Shown: piece by piece, positions 50,192 to 59,627 of the stretch
How positions within the stretch are numbered: position 1 is the first letter of the stretch
Layout of the letters: the number at the start of each line of letters is the position of its first letter
NCBI GenBank assembly: GCA_965208775.1
Contig: OZ242360.1
Span: forward strand, 3,145,591-3,209,590
Source of the DNA: Chloroflexota bacterium
GTDB taxonomy: Bacteria; Chloroflexota; UBA11872; VXNJ01
Reading direction: 5' to 3'
DNA length: 64,000 bases
Notes under the pieces: model-generated
Seen by the model: the letters and a program-made list of their open reading frames with translations, nothing else
Database searches by the model: none
Told to the model about the DNA's origin: nothing
Position numbers and translations under genes: made by a program

Positions 50192-51040
50192 CTAGCCTTT
50201 GATCCCGGTGAGAGCCAGTCCCTGAACGAAGTAGCGCTGCAAGAACGCGAATACGGCAATGACCGGCACTGAGCTCAAGGTCGCTCCCGCAAGCTGGAGC
50301 GGTATCGCCTCTTCGGTCGCGAAATATTGCTGCAAGAGGTTCAGACCGATCGGGACCGTGAACAGGTCTCGCGAGCGCAGCACCACAAGCGGCCACAAGA
50401 ACGAGTTCCAGGTGAACACGAAGGTGATAACGGCCAGGGCGCCCAGAGCCGGGCGCACCAGCGGCACCACTATGCGCCAGTAGGTGCCGAACTCGGAGCT
50501 GCCGTCGATGCGCGCCGCGTCGATGAGTTCGTCGGGGATGCTGAGCATGTTCTGTCGCATCAGGAAGATCCCGAAGGCCGTGACCAGGTTGGGGACGATC
50601 AGGCCCATGTAGGAATCCACCCAGCCGAAGGTCCGCACGATGTAGAGAACCGGGATCAAGACGACGAAAAAGGGAACCATCATGGTGGCCAGCACCATCA
50701 GGAACAGCTTGTCGCGGCCCGGGAACCGAAACTTGGCGAAACCGTAACCGGCAAGGGAACTGGTAAACAGAATGCCGACCAGCACGCTGGCGGTCACAAT
50801 CGCGCTGTTCAGGTACATGCGCGCCACGGGTATCGCCTCTGCCAGCGCCTCATAGTTGTTCCATTTGGGAGTGTGCGGATACCAGTCCATGGGCCGGGAC
50901 GTGATCTCCTGCGTGGTCATTAGCGATCCGCCGGCCATCCAGTAAAAGGGTAATAACGTCAGAAAGCCGCCCAGGGCCAAGAAGCCATACTTGCCAATCA
51001 GGGTAACTATTCGCATCGGATCGACGCGGACTACCGTCAT
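50192..51040 (-). CDS. Carbohydrate ABC transporter permease (MalG-like)
   Basis: GYGFAK, ELIDAARIDG, WNSFLWP. Confidence 0.93.
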   Translation of the reverse strand: MTVVRVDPMRIVTLIGKYGFLALGGFLTLLPFYWMAGGSLMTTQEITSRPMDWYPHTPKWNNYEALAEAIPVARMYLNSAIVTASVLVGILFTSSLAGYGFAKFRFPGRDKLFLMVLATMMVPFFVVLIPVLYIVRTFGWVDSYMGLIVPNLVTAFGIFLMRQNMLSIPDELIDAARIDGSSEFGTYWRIVVPLVRPALGALAVITFVFTWNSFLWPLVVLRSRDLFTVPIGLNLLQQYFATEEAIPLQLAGATLSSVPVIAVFAFLQRYFVQGLALTGIKG

Positions 51041-51936
51041 TCTCTCTCCCGAAAGAGTCTTATCTGGATGATCGTGAGGACCAGGATTATCACGAAGAGT
51101 ATGAACGACATCGCCGACGCCCGGCCCATGCGCGCGAACGTGAACGCAGTGTCATACAGATACAAGACAACCGTCTCGGTCGCGTCGATGGGACCGCCCT
51201 CGGTGATGAGGAATGGCAGATCGAAGATCTGGAGCGACCCAATGGTGCTTACAACCGCCACGAAAAAGAGGGTGGGCTTGAGCAGCGGCATCGTGATATG
51301 CCGAAACCTCGACCAGTCGCCCGCTCCGTCCACCTTGGCCGCCTCGTAGTATTCGAGAGGTATGTTCTGAAGTCCGGCCACGAAGATGATGACCAGATAC
51401 CCCATGCCGTGCCAGATCGACACGCCTATGATGCTTGGAAGCGCCTGATCGACGCTGGCGAGGAATCTCTGACTCGGTATTCCGCCCAGGCTGAGTAGCC
51501 GGTTTAACAGGCCGAACGGGTGGTAGAGGTTTTCCCAGACAATCGCCACTGCGACAGACGAAGTGACGTACGGCAGGAAATAGACAACGCGCCAGAACGT
51601 CCGCCCTTTGACCCGGGTGTTGACCAGCAGCGCGACCGAGAGCGCCAGGCCCAGCCCGATCAGGACATTCGCCGCCGTAAAGACGAACGTATTGCCGAGC
51701 GACTTGCGGAATAACGAGTCGTCGAGGATCAGATGGGAATAGTTATCAGCCCCGGCAAACCGCATTTCGCTCACGGGAGTCACCATGTTCCAGTTGTGCA
51801 GGCTGATCCCGAACGCGAACACGATCGGGAAAACCCCGAACAGGAGGAGAAACGCCAGCGCCGGGGCGACAAACAGATACCCCGTAACAACGTGCCGCTG
51901 GGCGTACCTAACCTTGAGTCGGTCGCCCAGCAGCAC
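51037..51936 (-). CDS. Carbohydrate ABC transporter permease (MalF-like)
   Basis: YYEAAKVDGA, ITMPLLKP, MGRASA. Confidence 0.93.
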   Translation of the reverse strand: MLLGDRLKVRYAQRHVVTGYLFVAPALAFLLLFGVFPIVFAFGISLHNWNMVTPVSEMRFAGADNYSHLILDDSLFRKSLGNTFVFTAANVLIGLGLALSVALLVNTRVKGRTFWRVVYFLPYVTSSVAVAIVWENLYHPFGLLNRLLSLGGIPSQRFLASVDQALPSIIGVSIWHGMGYLVIIFVAGLQNIPLEYYEAAKVDGAGDWSRFRHITMPLLKPTLFFVAVVSTIGSLQIFDLPFLITEGGPIDATETVVLYLYDTAFTFARMGRASAMSFILFVIILVLTIIQIRLFRERE

Positions 51937-51960
51937 GATACGCTCCGAGGGGAGCGGTTC

Positions 51961-53490
51961 CTATGCCTGCATCCGCTCCTCGATGATGGCGTTGCCGTCC
52001 TCGACGACCTTGTCAAGAGCGGCCTGAGGCTCCGACTCTCCGAAGTAGACAGCCTGGAGCTGCTTATGCAGGATGTCGGTGACCTCCGACACGCCAGGCA
52101 TGATCGGCTGCGGGCGAGACCCTTCCTGGATGGCCTGTATGAACGGTCGGAAGAAGTCATCGCTCAGCCGTTCCGCGAGGGCTTCCTGGTCGCTGAGTCG
52201 CGACGGGATGATGTTGAACCTGGTCGACATGAACTCGCCCTGCGGGGAGGCCTGGCCCGGTCCTCTCGGACTGTTGACCCACTCGAGAAAGTCCCAGCTT
52301 GCGTCCGAGTTCTTGGTCAGGCTGTCAACGCCCCACAACCAGTTGTAGGCCAACGAAACGCCTGCGGTTCCACTCGGGCCCGCGGGAATCGGACCGACGC
52401 CAACGTTTTCAAAGCCATCGGCGAAACCCGTTCGCAGTGGCCCTCCTCGCCAGTTGGCGCCCACGAACATCGCCACGTTGCCGGACATGAAGTCGGGCGG
52501 CCTGAACGCCAGGTCAACCGACCCTTGCTCGATCATATCCACGCCCATCTGCGCGGTCTCAACCGCCGGCGGTTCGTTGAGGCGCAACTTCAGAGTGCCA
52601 GGGTCGAGATACTCGCCACCGTTTGACCACAGGTACGAAATCCAGGGGTGAATGAAGGCGGAAGTGGAGGCCATGAACCACAGGTAGCCGGCCTGCTCGA
52701 TAGTGCCGTTGCTGGATTTCGTGGTCCTGGCGGCCGTCTCGAGCATCTCGTCCCAGGTGGTCGGCGGTTCGTCAACTCCCGCCTCATCAAAGATCCTCTT
52801 GTTGTAGAGAGTCAGGTACGCATTGCTCTCAGTGGGATAGCCCCACAGCTTGCCCCGATATGAAGCGCCGTCGATCGCGCTTTGCGCCCAGTTTTCGTCG
52901 ATCACGCTTTTTATCTCTGTGGGCACTTCCGCCATGAATCCGGTCGGCGCGAAATCGGGCGTCCAGAGGTTGTAGTAGTGATACATGTCGGGGAAGTTGC
53001 CCGCGGCGTGGCCAGTGGTAATCCTGGTCAGCATCTGACTGCCCGGAACGGTCTGATACTCGATTCGCGCGTTGGGAACGGCCGCCTCGTACTCGTCGAG
53101 GATGTCGTGCCAGAGCGCAACCGATTGCTCCGACCCCCAGTGGGTCAGCACAGACAGGTTTACAGCCTCGGCCCTGGATACGCGAGATTGCACCGTCACT
53201 ACCTTCTCGACTTCGACCTCGACGGTCTGAGTGACGACCCTCTCCGTCTCTACCTCTACCTCGACGACTTTCTCTTTTTCTACCTCGACGACGACTTCCT
53301 TCTCGACGACGACTTCCTTGACGACCTCCTGGGTAACCACCTTTTCAACAGGGACTTCCTTGATGATCTCCTGGACCTTGGTCTCAGTCACGACCTGGGT
53401 CTCGCCGCAGCCGGCGAGCGCCGCCGTTGCCACTACACCAAGGGCCCCAGCTTTTATGATTCTGCGTCTCGTCAGATGTTTACGACTCAT
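51961..53490 (-). CDS. Family-1 sugar-binding Tat lipoprotein with V/E/K-rich linker
   Basis: TRRRII, lipobox LAGC, repeat linker, YNKRIF, PPTTWDE; ATG at 53490. Confidence 0.9.
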   Translation of the reverse strand: MSRKHLTRRRIIKAGALGVVATAALAGCGETQVVTETKVQEIIKEVPVEKVVTQEVVKEVVVEKEVVVEVEKEKVVEVEVETERVVTQTVEVEVEKVVTVQSRVSRAEAVNLSVLTHWGSEQSVALWHDILDEYEAAVPNARIEYQTVPGSQMLTRITTGHAAGNFPDMYHYYNLWTPDFAPTGFMAEVPTEIKSVIDENWAQSAIDGASYRGKLWGYPTESNAYLTLYNKRIFDEAGVDEPPTTWDEMLETAARTTKSSNGTIEQAGYLWFMASTSAFIHPWISYLWSNGGEYLDPGTLKLRLNEPPAVETAQMGVDMIEQGSVDLAFRPPDFMSGNVAMFVGANWRGGPLRTGFADGFENVGVGPIPAGPSGTAGVSLAYNWLWGVDSLTKNSDASWDFLEWVNSPRGPGQASPQGEFMSTRFNIIPSRLSDQEALAERLSDDFFRPFIQAIQEGSRPQPIMPGVSEVTDILHKQLQAVYFGESEPQAALDKVVEDGNAIIEERMQA

Positions 53491-53691
53491 GGCGCCCCCA
53501 CGGTAACTGTCCTTATGGACATGCCTCGCCCGAACGATGCTTGAATTTGCGTGAATTGTCAAACCTTTTGGTAGGCCGGCACACGTGACACAGCGGGGCC
53601 TACCAGCGCGGTGAGATCTAGATCACCGATTCGGCGCGGTTAGGAAAAGACGGCTAACTGTTCGGCGCGACTGAGAATCAGCTGCTGAATA

Positions 53692-53720
53692 TTGCTTATG
53701 GGAATCATTCGCAATACTAT
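53692..53720 (+). promoter_or_regulatory. Putative sigma70 promoter containing a Fur-family-like 7-1-7 box
   Basis: TTGCTT-N17-TACTAT, with TGGGAAT-C-ATTCGCA (53699-53713) in the spacer. Confidence 0.55.
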
Positions 53721-53794
53721 ACGCGGTGGCATTGATAGTGAGCGCATCTTTCAAATCGTCGAATCAGGGGATGCGAGGAGATTAGAGGAGACAT

Positions 53795-55522
53795 ATGGAC
53801 TCAATCGAAAAGCCAGCCAGACGGAGATCGCGTCGCTGGATGCTAACCGCGGCCGCGGGCTCTGCCGCTCTTGGGGCCGCTGCCCTGGTCGGCTGCGTGG
53901 AAACCGAGGTCGTTGAGGTCGTCAAGGAAGTCCCGGTCGAGAAGGTCGTAACACAGGAAGTCGACCGGGTCGTCGTCCAGGAGAAGGTTGTAACGCAGGA
54001 AGTCGAACGCGTCGTTACGCGAATCGTGGAGAAAGTCGTTGAACGATCTCCTGACGCCGGACGTGCGGATGAGTTCGTCTGGGTGAATGGCGAGATCTTT
54101 TATGGCCTGGATCCCGTACACGAATTCAGCGCGAGCTACATGTTGTGGGTAGGACTAGCCGAAACGCTGATGACGGTCGATGACGATGGCACGATCATCC
54201 CGTGGCTGGCGCAGTCTTACGAACTAATCGACGCGAACACCGCCAGCATTGCGCTCAGGCAGAACGCGACATTTTGGAGCGGCGCTCCGGTCAACGCGGC
54301 GGCGGTAAAGGCGAGTCTGGAAAGATCGATCGAGTTGGCGCCTCCGGCGGCGGCTCTTCTGAAAGGCGTCAATATTGAGGTCGCCGGCGACTGGGATTTG
54401 CGATTCGTGGGCGACGCACCCATTCCGCAGCTGCCGTTCAATCTGACCGACCCGTGGCTGGCCATACACAACGCGGCCTCGTACGGACCCGCTGACAACG
54501 CGTTCGATATCGATGCAGCAGACCTGACTGGCCCGTACCGATTGGTCGAGTTCAAGCCTCGCGAAGAGGCCCGGCTCAAGCTTTGGGACGGCTACTGGGG
54601 GACCCAGCCGAACTTCTCCACAGTGCACTACCGAGAGGTGCCGGACCCGCAGGCGAGGGCTCTGATCGCCCTCAGCGGAGAGGCAGACATGGTAAAGAGA
54701 CTTCCATCTGAAACCGCCGCTCTGGTACGCGCGAGCGACAAGGTCGAGCTGGCGCTTCAGGTCGGAACCGGTACCGCCAGCATGTATCTCAATTTGCAGC
54801 GTCCGCCGTTCGACGACCGAGCCGTGCGGGAAGCCATCGGGTGGGCGCTTGATCGCAACGAGATCGTGGAACTCGCCTGGAGCGGATTGGCGAAACCGGC
54901 GTCGAGCTGGCTTTCGACGAATGCAGCCTATCCGGAGGCCGCCGAGATCGGGTTTACAGAGTATGACCCGGAACGGGCCGGGCAGATACTGGATGAGGCC
55001 GGCTGGGTTCTCGGAGGCGACGGCATCAGGGCCAAGGACGGCAATCAACTCAAGTTCCGGTACCTCTGGTGGGGCACCGAAAAGCCTGTCGCCGAGGTCA
55101 TTCAAGACCAGTTGAAGCGGATTGGCATTCCGATAGAGGTCATCGGTTCGCCCGACTACGGAGTGCTGGACGGGGCGCGCGCCTCCGGCGATTGGGAAGC
55201 GCTCGTCGAAGGATGGGGCCATTTCGGAGATCCATTCAGTCCGCTCGATCGACACTTTGGAGCGAACGGCGATATCAACTACGGGCGATATCGAACCGAC
55301 GAAATGGATGCTTTGTTCGCGCAATTCGCAGACGCGATAAGTCTCGACGAACGACGGAAGATCGCTGTGCAAATCAACGAGTTGGTCTTCCGAGACGTGA
55401 TCCTTATTCCTTTGTACGCGAGGGCGAGAATCGCGGCAGTCTCCAGTTCGCTGGCCGGATACAAGCTGCCCTCCCAAGAGATCCGCGTATTAGAGATAAC
55501 TCCGGAACTCTCTCGCAAGTAA
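53795..55522 (+). CDS. Family-5 (NikA/DppA/OppA-like) binding Tat lipoprotein with V/E/K linker
   Basis: SRRWML, lipobox LVGC, ETL, PWLA, TGPY, YWG, VREAI, YDP...LDEAGW. Confidence 0.9.
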   Translation: MDSIEKPARRRSRRWMLTAAAGSAALGAAALVGCVETEVVEVVKEVPVEKVVTQEVDRVVVQEKVVTQEVERVVTRIVEKVVERSPDAGRADEFVWVNGEIFYGLDPVHEFSASYMLWVGLAETLMTVDDDGTIIPWLAQSYELIDANTASIALRQNATFWSGAPVNAAAVKASLERSIELAPPAAALLKGVNIEVAGDWDLRFVGDAPIPQLPFNLTDPWLAIHNAASYGPADNAFDIDAADLTGPYRLVEFKPREEARLKLWDGYWGTQPNFSTVHYREVPDPQARALIALSGEADMVKRLPSETAALVRASDKVELALQVGTGTASMYLNLQRPPFDDRAVREAIGWALDRNEIVELAWSGLAKPASSWLSTNAAYPEAAEIGFTEYDPERAGQILDEAGWVLGGDGIRAKDGNQLKFRYLWWGTEKPVAEVIQDQLKRIGIPIEVIGSPDYGVLDGARASGDWEALVEGWGHFGDPFSPLDRHFGANGDINYGRYRTDEMDALFAQFADAISLDERRKIAVQINELVFRDVILIPLYARARIAAVSSSLAGYKLPSQEIRVLEITPELSRK

Positions 55523-55665
55523 GGCTCGGAGGGAAGCAGATCCATGGCGCCGCGTTTGGCGGCGACTAATGGCAAGGCTGTGTCAACAGCCCATGCGATG
55601 AAGTCGCCGCCAAGCGCGATTGAGTCGTCACATCTGGCGGCGCGCCATGTCCGGCAACAGGCGAA

Positions 55666-56625
55666 ATGCTGAAGTACGCACTGCGACGGATTCTGATCGT
55701 GATTCCGGCTGTTGTCGCGGCGTCGCTGATCATTTTTGCGCTCATTCGATTCGCTCCCGGTGACCCTGTTGACATTATGTTCGGCCCCGCCGCGATGGGG
55801 CATTCGACCGCCACCATAAGCCAGGAGGCGCGGGACAAGGTCAGGAAGGAACTGGGTTTACTGGAGCCTGCTCCCATCCAATATGCGATCTGGCTCGGCA
55901 GAATGGCGCGGCTCGATCTTGGCACGACGTTCAAAACTCGCCGTCCAGTCATTGATGAACTCGCCGAACGCTTGCCAACCACGGCAAAACTGGCGTTCCT
56001 CTCGTTCGGTATTTTGCTGGTAACGGCCATCCCTCTTGGAGTCTTGTCGGCGGTAAATCAAGGCAAGGCGGCCGATCATGGCGTGCGGTTCATCGCGCTG
56101 GTGTTCTCAGCGATGCCGAGTTTCTGGCTCGGCTTGCTGCTTCTATACCTGCTCGGCGTCCAGTGGAAGGTCATCGACATTTCGGGCGGATCCGAGCTCA
56201 AACACCTGATACTTCCCGCGATCGTTATGGCGCTCGGAATCGTGCCTACAATTTCGAGGCTGTTGCGGGCAAGCCTCATCTCCGAGCTTGGTCAACTCTA
56301 CATAGTATTTGCTCGCGCACAGGGGCTTTCCGATGGGGTGGTTCTATGGCGGCATGCGGTAAGAGTCGCGGTCCTGCCCATCATGGCCCTTCTGGGTCTC
56401 TATCTCGGCGGGGCTTTAGGAGGATCGGTGATCGTTGAATCCATATTCTCGATACCCGGGGTCGGCAAGTGGGTGCTGGATTCAATCCTCGGCCGCGATT
56501 TCCCGGTCGTGCAAGCCTACATGCTGCTTGCCGTGGTGATCATTGCCACCGCAAACCTTGTTGTGGATTTGAGCTATGCGGTTCTCGATCCGCGAATCCG
56601 GTTTGGAGGCCGCCAGGTTGCTTAG
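55666..56625 (+). CDS. ABC permease (NikB/DppB-like)
   Basis: APGDP, DLG, PSFWLG, ARAQGL, VESIFSIPGVG, LDPRI. Confidence 0.93.
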   Translation: MLKYALRRILIVIPAVVAASLIIFALIRFAPGDPVDIMFGPAAMGHSTATISQEARDKVRKELGLLEPAPIQYAIWLGRMARLDLGTTFKTRRPVIDELAERLPTTAKLAFLSFGILLVTAIPLGVLSAVNQGKAADHGVRFIALVFSAMPSFWLGLLLLYLLGVQWKVIDISGGSELKHLILPAIVMALGIVPTISRLLRASLISELGQLYIVFARAQGLSDGVVLWRHAVRVAVLPIMALLGLYLGGALGGSVIVESIFSIPGVGKWVLDSILGRDFPVVQAYMLLAVVIIATANLVVDLSYAVLDPRIRFGGRQVA

Positions 56626-57481
56626 GGTAGTGGCAGGTCCCCTGCTAAATCGATTTGCAGCTCGAACCAACTTCCTTATCGTGACAGGCGGGGCGGCGCT
56701 AGGACTAATCCTCCTCGCCGTGTCGATAGGACCGTTGGTGATGCAAACTGATGCACTTTCGTTCGAGCGAGGCAAGGAGCTTCTGCCTCCATCGTCGGAT
56801 CACTGGTTCGGTACCGATCGATTCGGTCGCGATTTTTTCGCCCGAGTTCTGGAGGGAGGCCGAGTCTCGTTGGCCGCCGCGTTTATAGCGATGTCGCTGA
56901 TCCTTGCGATAGGAATAACGCTCGGCGCCATCGCAGGGTATCTAGGCTCGTGGGTCGATGGAGCTGTAATGAGAGTCGTGGACGTTTTGCTCGCACTGCC
57001 GCCGTTTGTCGCGGCAATCGCGATTGCCGGGCTGTTTGGCACCGGGTTGCAGGTGATTCTCATCGGAGTCGTCACCCTCTGGTGGGCGTGGTACGCGCGG
57101 ATTACCCGAGGAATCGTGCTGCAGGTCAAAGAACGGCTTCATGTAGACGCCGCAAAGGCCGCAGGAGCGACGACATTTTCGATCGTATTTCGCGAAATCG
57201 TGCCCCTGGCAGCCGGGCCGGTGATCGTGGTTGCAACGCTTGATCTGGGCAGCCTGATACTCACGATAGCCGGCCTGTCGTTTCTCGGACTCGGAGAACA
57301 ACCGCCCAATCCGGAATGGGGAACGCTTCTGTCCGAGGGCCGAGCATATTTCCTAGTAACTCCCCACCTGACGCTGTTTCCGGGACTGATGATATTTCTT
57401 ACGGTTCTGGCGCTGAACCTCCTTGGGGAAGGTCTCCACGAGCGCCTCGATCCATATAACCTAGCCGGCCGAGGGAGATAG
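56618..57481 (+). CDS. ABC permease (NikC/DppC-like)
   Basis: HWFGTDRFGRD, GRVSL, LSFLGLG, PEWG; probable TTG start. Confidence 0.92.
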   Translation: MLRVVAGPLLNRFAARTNFLIVTGGAALGLILLAVSIGPLVMQTDALSFERGKELLPPSSDHWFGTDRFGRDFFARVLEGGRVSLAAAFIAMSLILAIGITLGAIAGYLGSWVDGAVMRVVDVLLALPPFVAAIAIAGLFGTGLQVILIGVVTLWWAWYARITRGIVLQVKERLHVDAAKAAGATTFSIVFREIVPLAAGPVIVVATLDLGSLILTIAGLSFLGLGEQPPNPEWGTLLSEGRAYFLVTPHLTLFPGLMIFLTVLALNLLGEGLHERLDPYNLAGRGR

Positions 57482-57487
57482 ACGGTC

Positions 57488-59518
57488 ATGGAGACGCTAG
57501 CCACTTCCGATTCGAATCTCGTCCGGCTTACCAACTTTTCCGTCGGTTATCCCACGAGCAATGGGGTTGTTCCGGCGCTGCGCGACATTTCCCTGGACAT
57601 TTGCGAGGGGGAGTCGTTGGCGCTTGTCGGCGAGAGCGGGAGCGGCAAAAGCACCCTGGCCAGGGCGCTCATCGGCTTAGTGGAAGCTCCGGGGCGTGCC
57701 ACCGGGGGAGAGATCGAGCTCGCCAGTGTAGGTAGATCGACAAGCGCTGCCCGTCGCACGGGGGTTGCGGGCAAGATCATGACTATGGTGCTTCAGGAGC
57801 CACGTGACTCGCTGAACCCCGTTTTGTCGATTGGAAGCCAGATGGCGATGGTGCTGGCCCGACGTGGAGTCCCCAGGCGCAAACGTCGTTCCGCGGCGTC
57901 GGAGTTGCTGCGGAGTGTGCGACTCGAGGACGCGCCCCGAGTTCTTCGATCGTATCCCTTTCAGCTCAGCGGTGGCATGTGCCAACGAGTCGCGATCGCA
58001 ATAGCGCTCGCGGGCCAAGCGAAGCTGCTGATCGCGGACGAGCCGACGACGGCGCTGGACGTCCGCGTGCAAGCCTCGATCCTGCGGCTGCTGAGTGAGT
58101 TGCAGCAGGAACACGGGTTTGCGCTGCTGCTTGTATCCCATGATTTCGGCGTGGTTGCCGAGGTGTCGCAGACAGTGGCCGTAATGTATGCGGGACGGCT
58201 GGTCGAATACGGTCCGACCGCCGAGGTCCTGGGCAATCCGCGACACCCCTACACAGCCGCACTGCTGAACGCACGCCCGACCCTTGGGGCAGGGTTGCCG
58301 ATTCGTCCTATCGGGCAGGCGCCCGATGCCGGCAAGGTCCACGATCAGTGCGCGTATATTCCACGCTGCCAGCACGCTGACGCGCTGTGCTCGGAAAGCC
58401 CGCATCCGCTGCCTGACGGTAGCTTGTCTCACAGCGCGGCATGCTATCACCCAATCGAGTTCGTCGGTGAAAAGAGCGTGGACGCGGCCGCCACGCGACG
58501 ATCACGAGAGATTCCGAAGCTGCCGCACGAGCCGGCGAAACTCCTTGAAGTTCGAGATCTAAACAAGAGATTCCGCGTGGGAGGAGCGCTCGGCAAGCAG
58601 AGCGTCCAGGCACTCAAGGATGTGTCTCTAGACGTGTCTCCAGGTGAGATCGTCGGCATAGCCGGCGAAACGGGATGCGGGAAGTCTACGCTGGCCAAAT
58701 GCGTTCTCGGCCTCGAATATCCCGATGCCGGCTCTATTCGGATCGACGGGGTCGATTTGACGAAATTGGGTAAATCCGAACTACGTAAATTGCGGCGCCG
58801 AGTCCAGGCGGTATTTCAGGATGCTAGGGCGTCGATGAATCCGAATCGGAAGATCATCGATGTCGTGCAGGAGCCGCTGCGAAACTTTGGGATCGGCGAG
58901 CGCCATGAACGGTCGGAGCGGGCGCGGGAGATGCTCTCGCGCGTTGGACTTAGCGACGACCTCTTCGAGCGTTCGCCAGGGCAATTGAGTTCCGGTCAGT
59001 GCCAGCGTGCTGCGCTCGCTCGAGCGCTTGTCCTGAGCCCCAGGCTCTTGATTTGCGACGAGCCGTTCTCGTCATTGGACCTGTCAGCGCAGGCTCAATT
59101 GATGCATTTGCTGAGTGATCTACAAGCAGACTACGGCTTCGGATTGCTTCTGATATCGCACGATCTGGCGGTGCTGACCTCGCTCGGCAGTCGTATCGTC
59201 GTAATGCTGGGCGGGAGGGTCCTGGAGATCCTTCCTGCAGGCCAGACCGAGCATCGTTTCTTTCACCCTTATACAAGTGCTCTCCTTCAGTCGATCCCGG
59301 GTTTAAGCGGCAATGAGCGTCGTGTTGGTCGACCTCACTATGCGGCCAAGATGATGGACCCGTCCGGCTGTCCGTTCGTGTCGGATTGCGACCTGGCGAT
59401 TGATCTGTGCGGCGAGGTTATGCCGGCGATGTTGACCACGGCGGCGGGCCACGAAATGGCCTGTCATCGCTCCGCTGACCTGCCGGACCTCCAACTCGCT
59501 TCGACAACTCACCACTGA
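57488..59518 (+). CDS. Fused double ABC ATPase (DppD/F-like) with Cys-rich C-terminal tails
   Basis: Walker A GESGSGKS and [13 protein letters not shown] and LSSGQ, two HPYT motifs, Cys-containing tails. Confidence 0.93.
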   Translation: METLATSDSNLVRLTNFSVGYPTSNGVVPALRDISLDICEGESLALVGESGSGKSTLARALIGLVEAPGRATGGEIELASVGRSTSAARRTGVAGKIMTMVLQEPRDSLNPVLSIGSQMAMVLARRGVPRRKRRSAASELLRSVRLEDAPRVLRSYPFQLSGGMCQRVAIAIALAGQAKLLIADEPTTALDVRVQASILRLLSELQQEHGFALLLVSHDFGVVAEVSQTVAVMYAGRLVEYGPTAEVLGNPRHPYTAALLNARPTLGAGLPIRPIGQAPDAGKVHDQCAYIPRCQHADALCSESPHPLPDGSLSHSAACYHPIEFVGEKSVDAAATRRSREIPKLPHEPAKLLEVRDLNKRFRVGGALGKQSVQALKDVSLDVSPGEIVGIAGETGCGKSTLAKCVLGLEYPDAGSIRIDGVDLTKLGKSELRKLRRRVQAVFQDARASMNPNRKIIDVVQEPLRNFGIGERHERSERAREMLSRVGLSDDLFERSPGQLSSGQCQRAALARALVLSPRLLICDEPFSSLDLSAQAQLMHLLSDLQADYGFGLLLISHDLAVLTSLGSRIVVMLGGRVLEILPAGQTEHRFFHPYTSALLQSIPGLSGNERRVGRPHYAAKMMDPSGCPFVSDCDLAIDLCGEVMPAMLTTAAGHEMACHRSADLPDLQLASTTHH

Positions 59519-59627
59519 AACAGCATCGGTCCGATAGAACCGTTGCCGACGTTGTTCTCCGGCTTTCGCTGCTGATCAGTGCGGCGGGCCGTGCTAGAGT
59601 CGCCCGCGAGTCGGAAGTCGGGAGCAC

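Noticed and set aside
54224-55477. Long antisense ORFs (also 9640-10599, 16104-16937, 31589-32443, 39681-40535, 45977-46828, 51733-52626, 60225-61184)
   Set aside because: Shadow frames of well-supported genes in GC-rich DNA, with no recognisable motifs.
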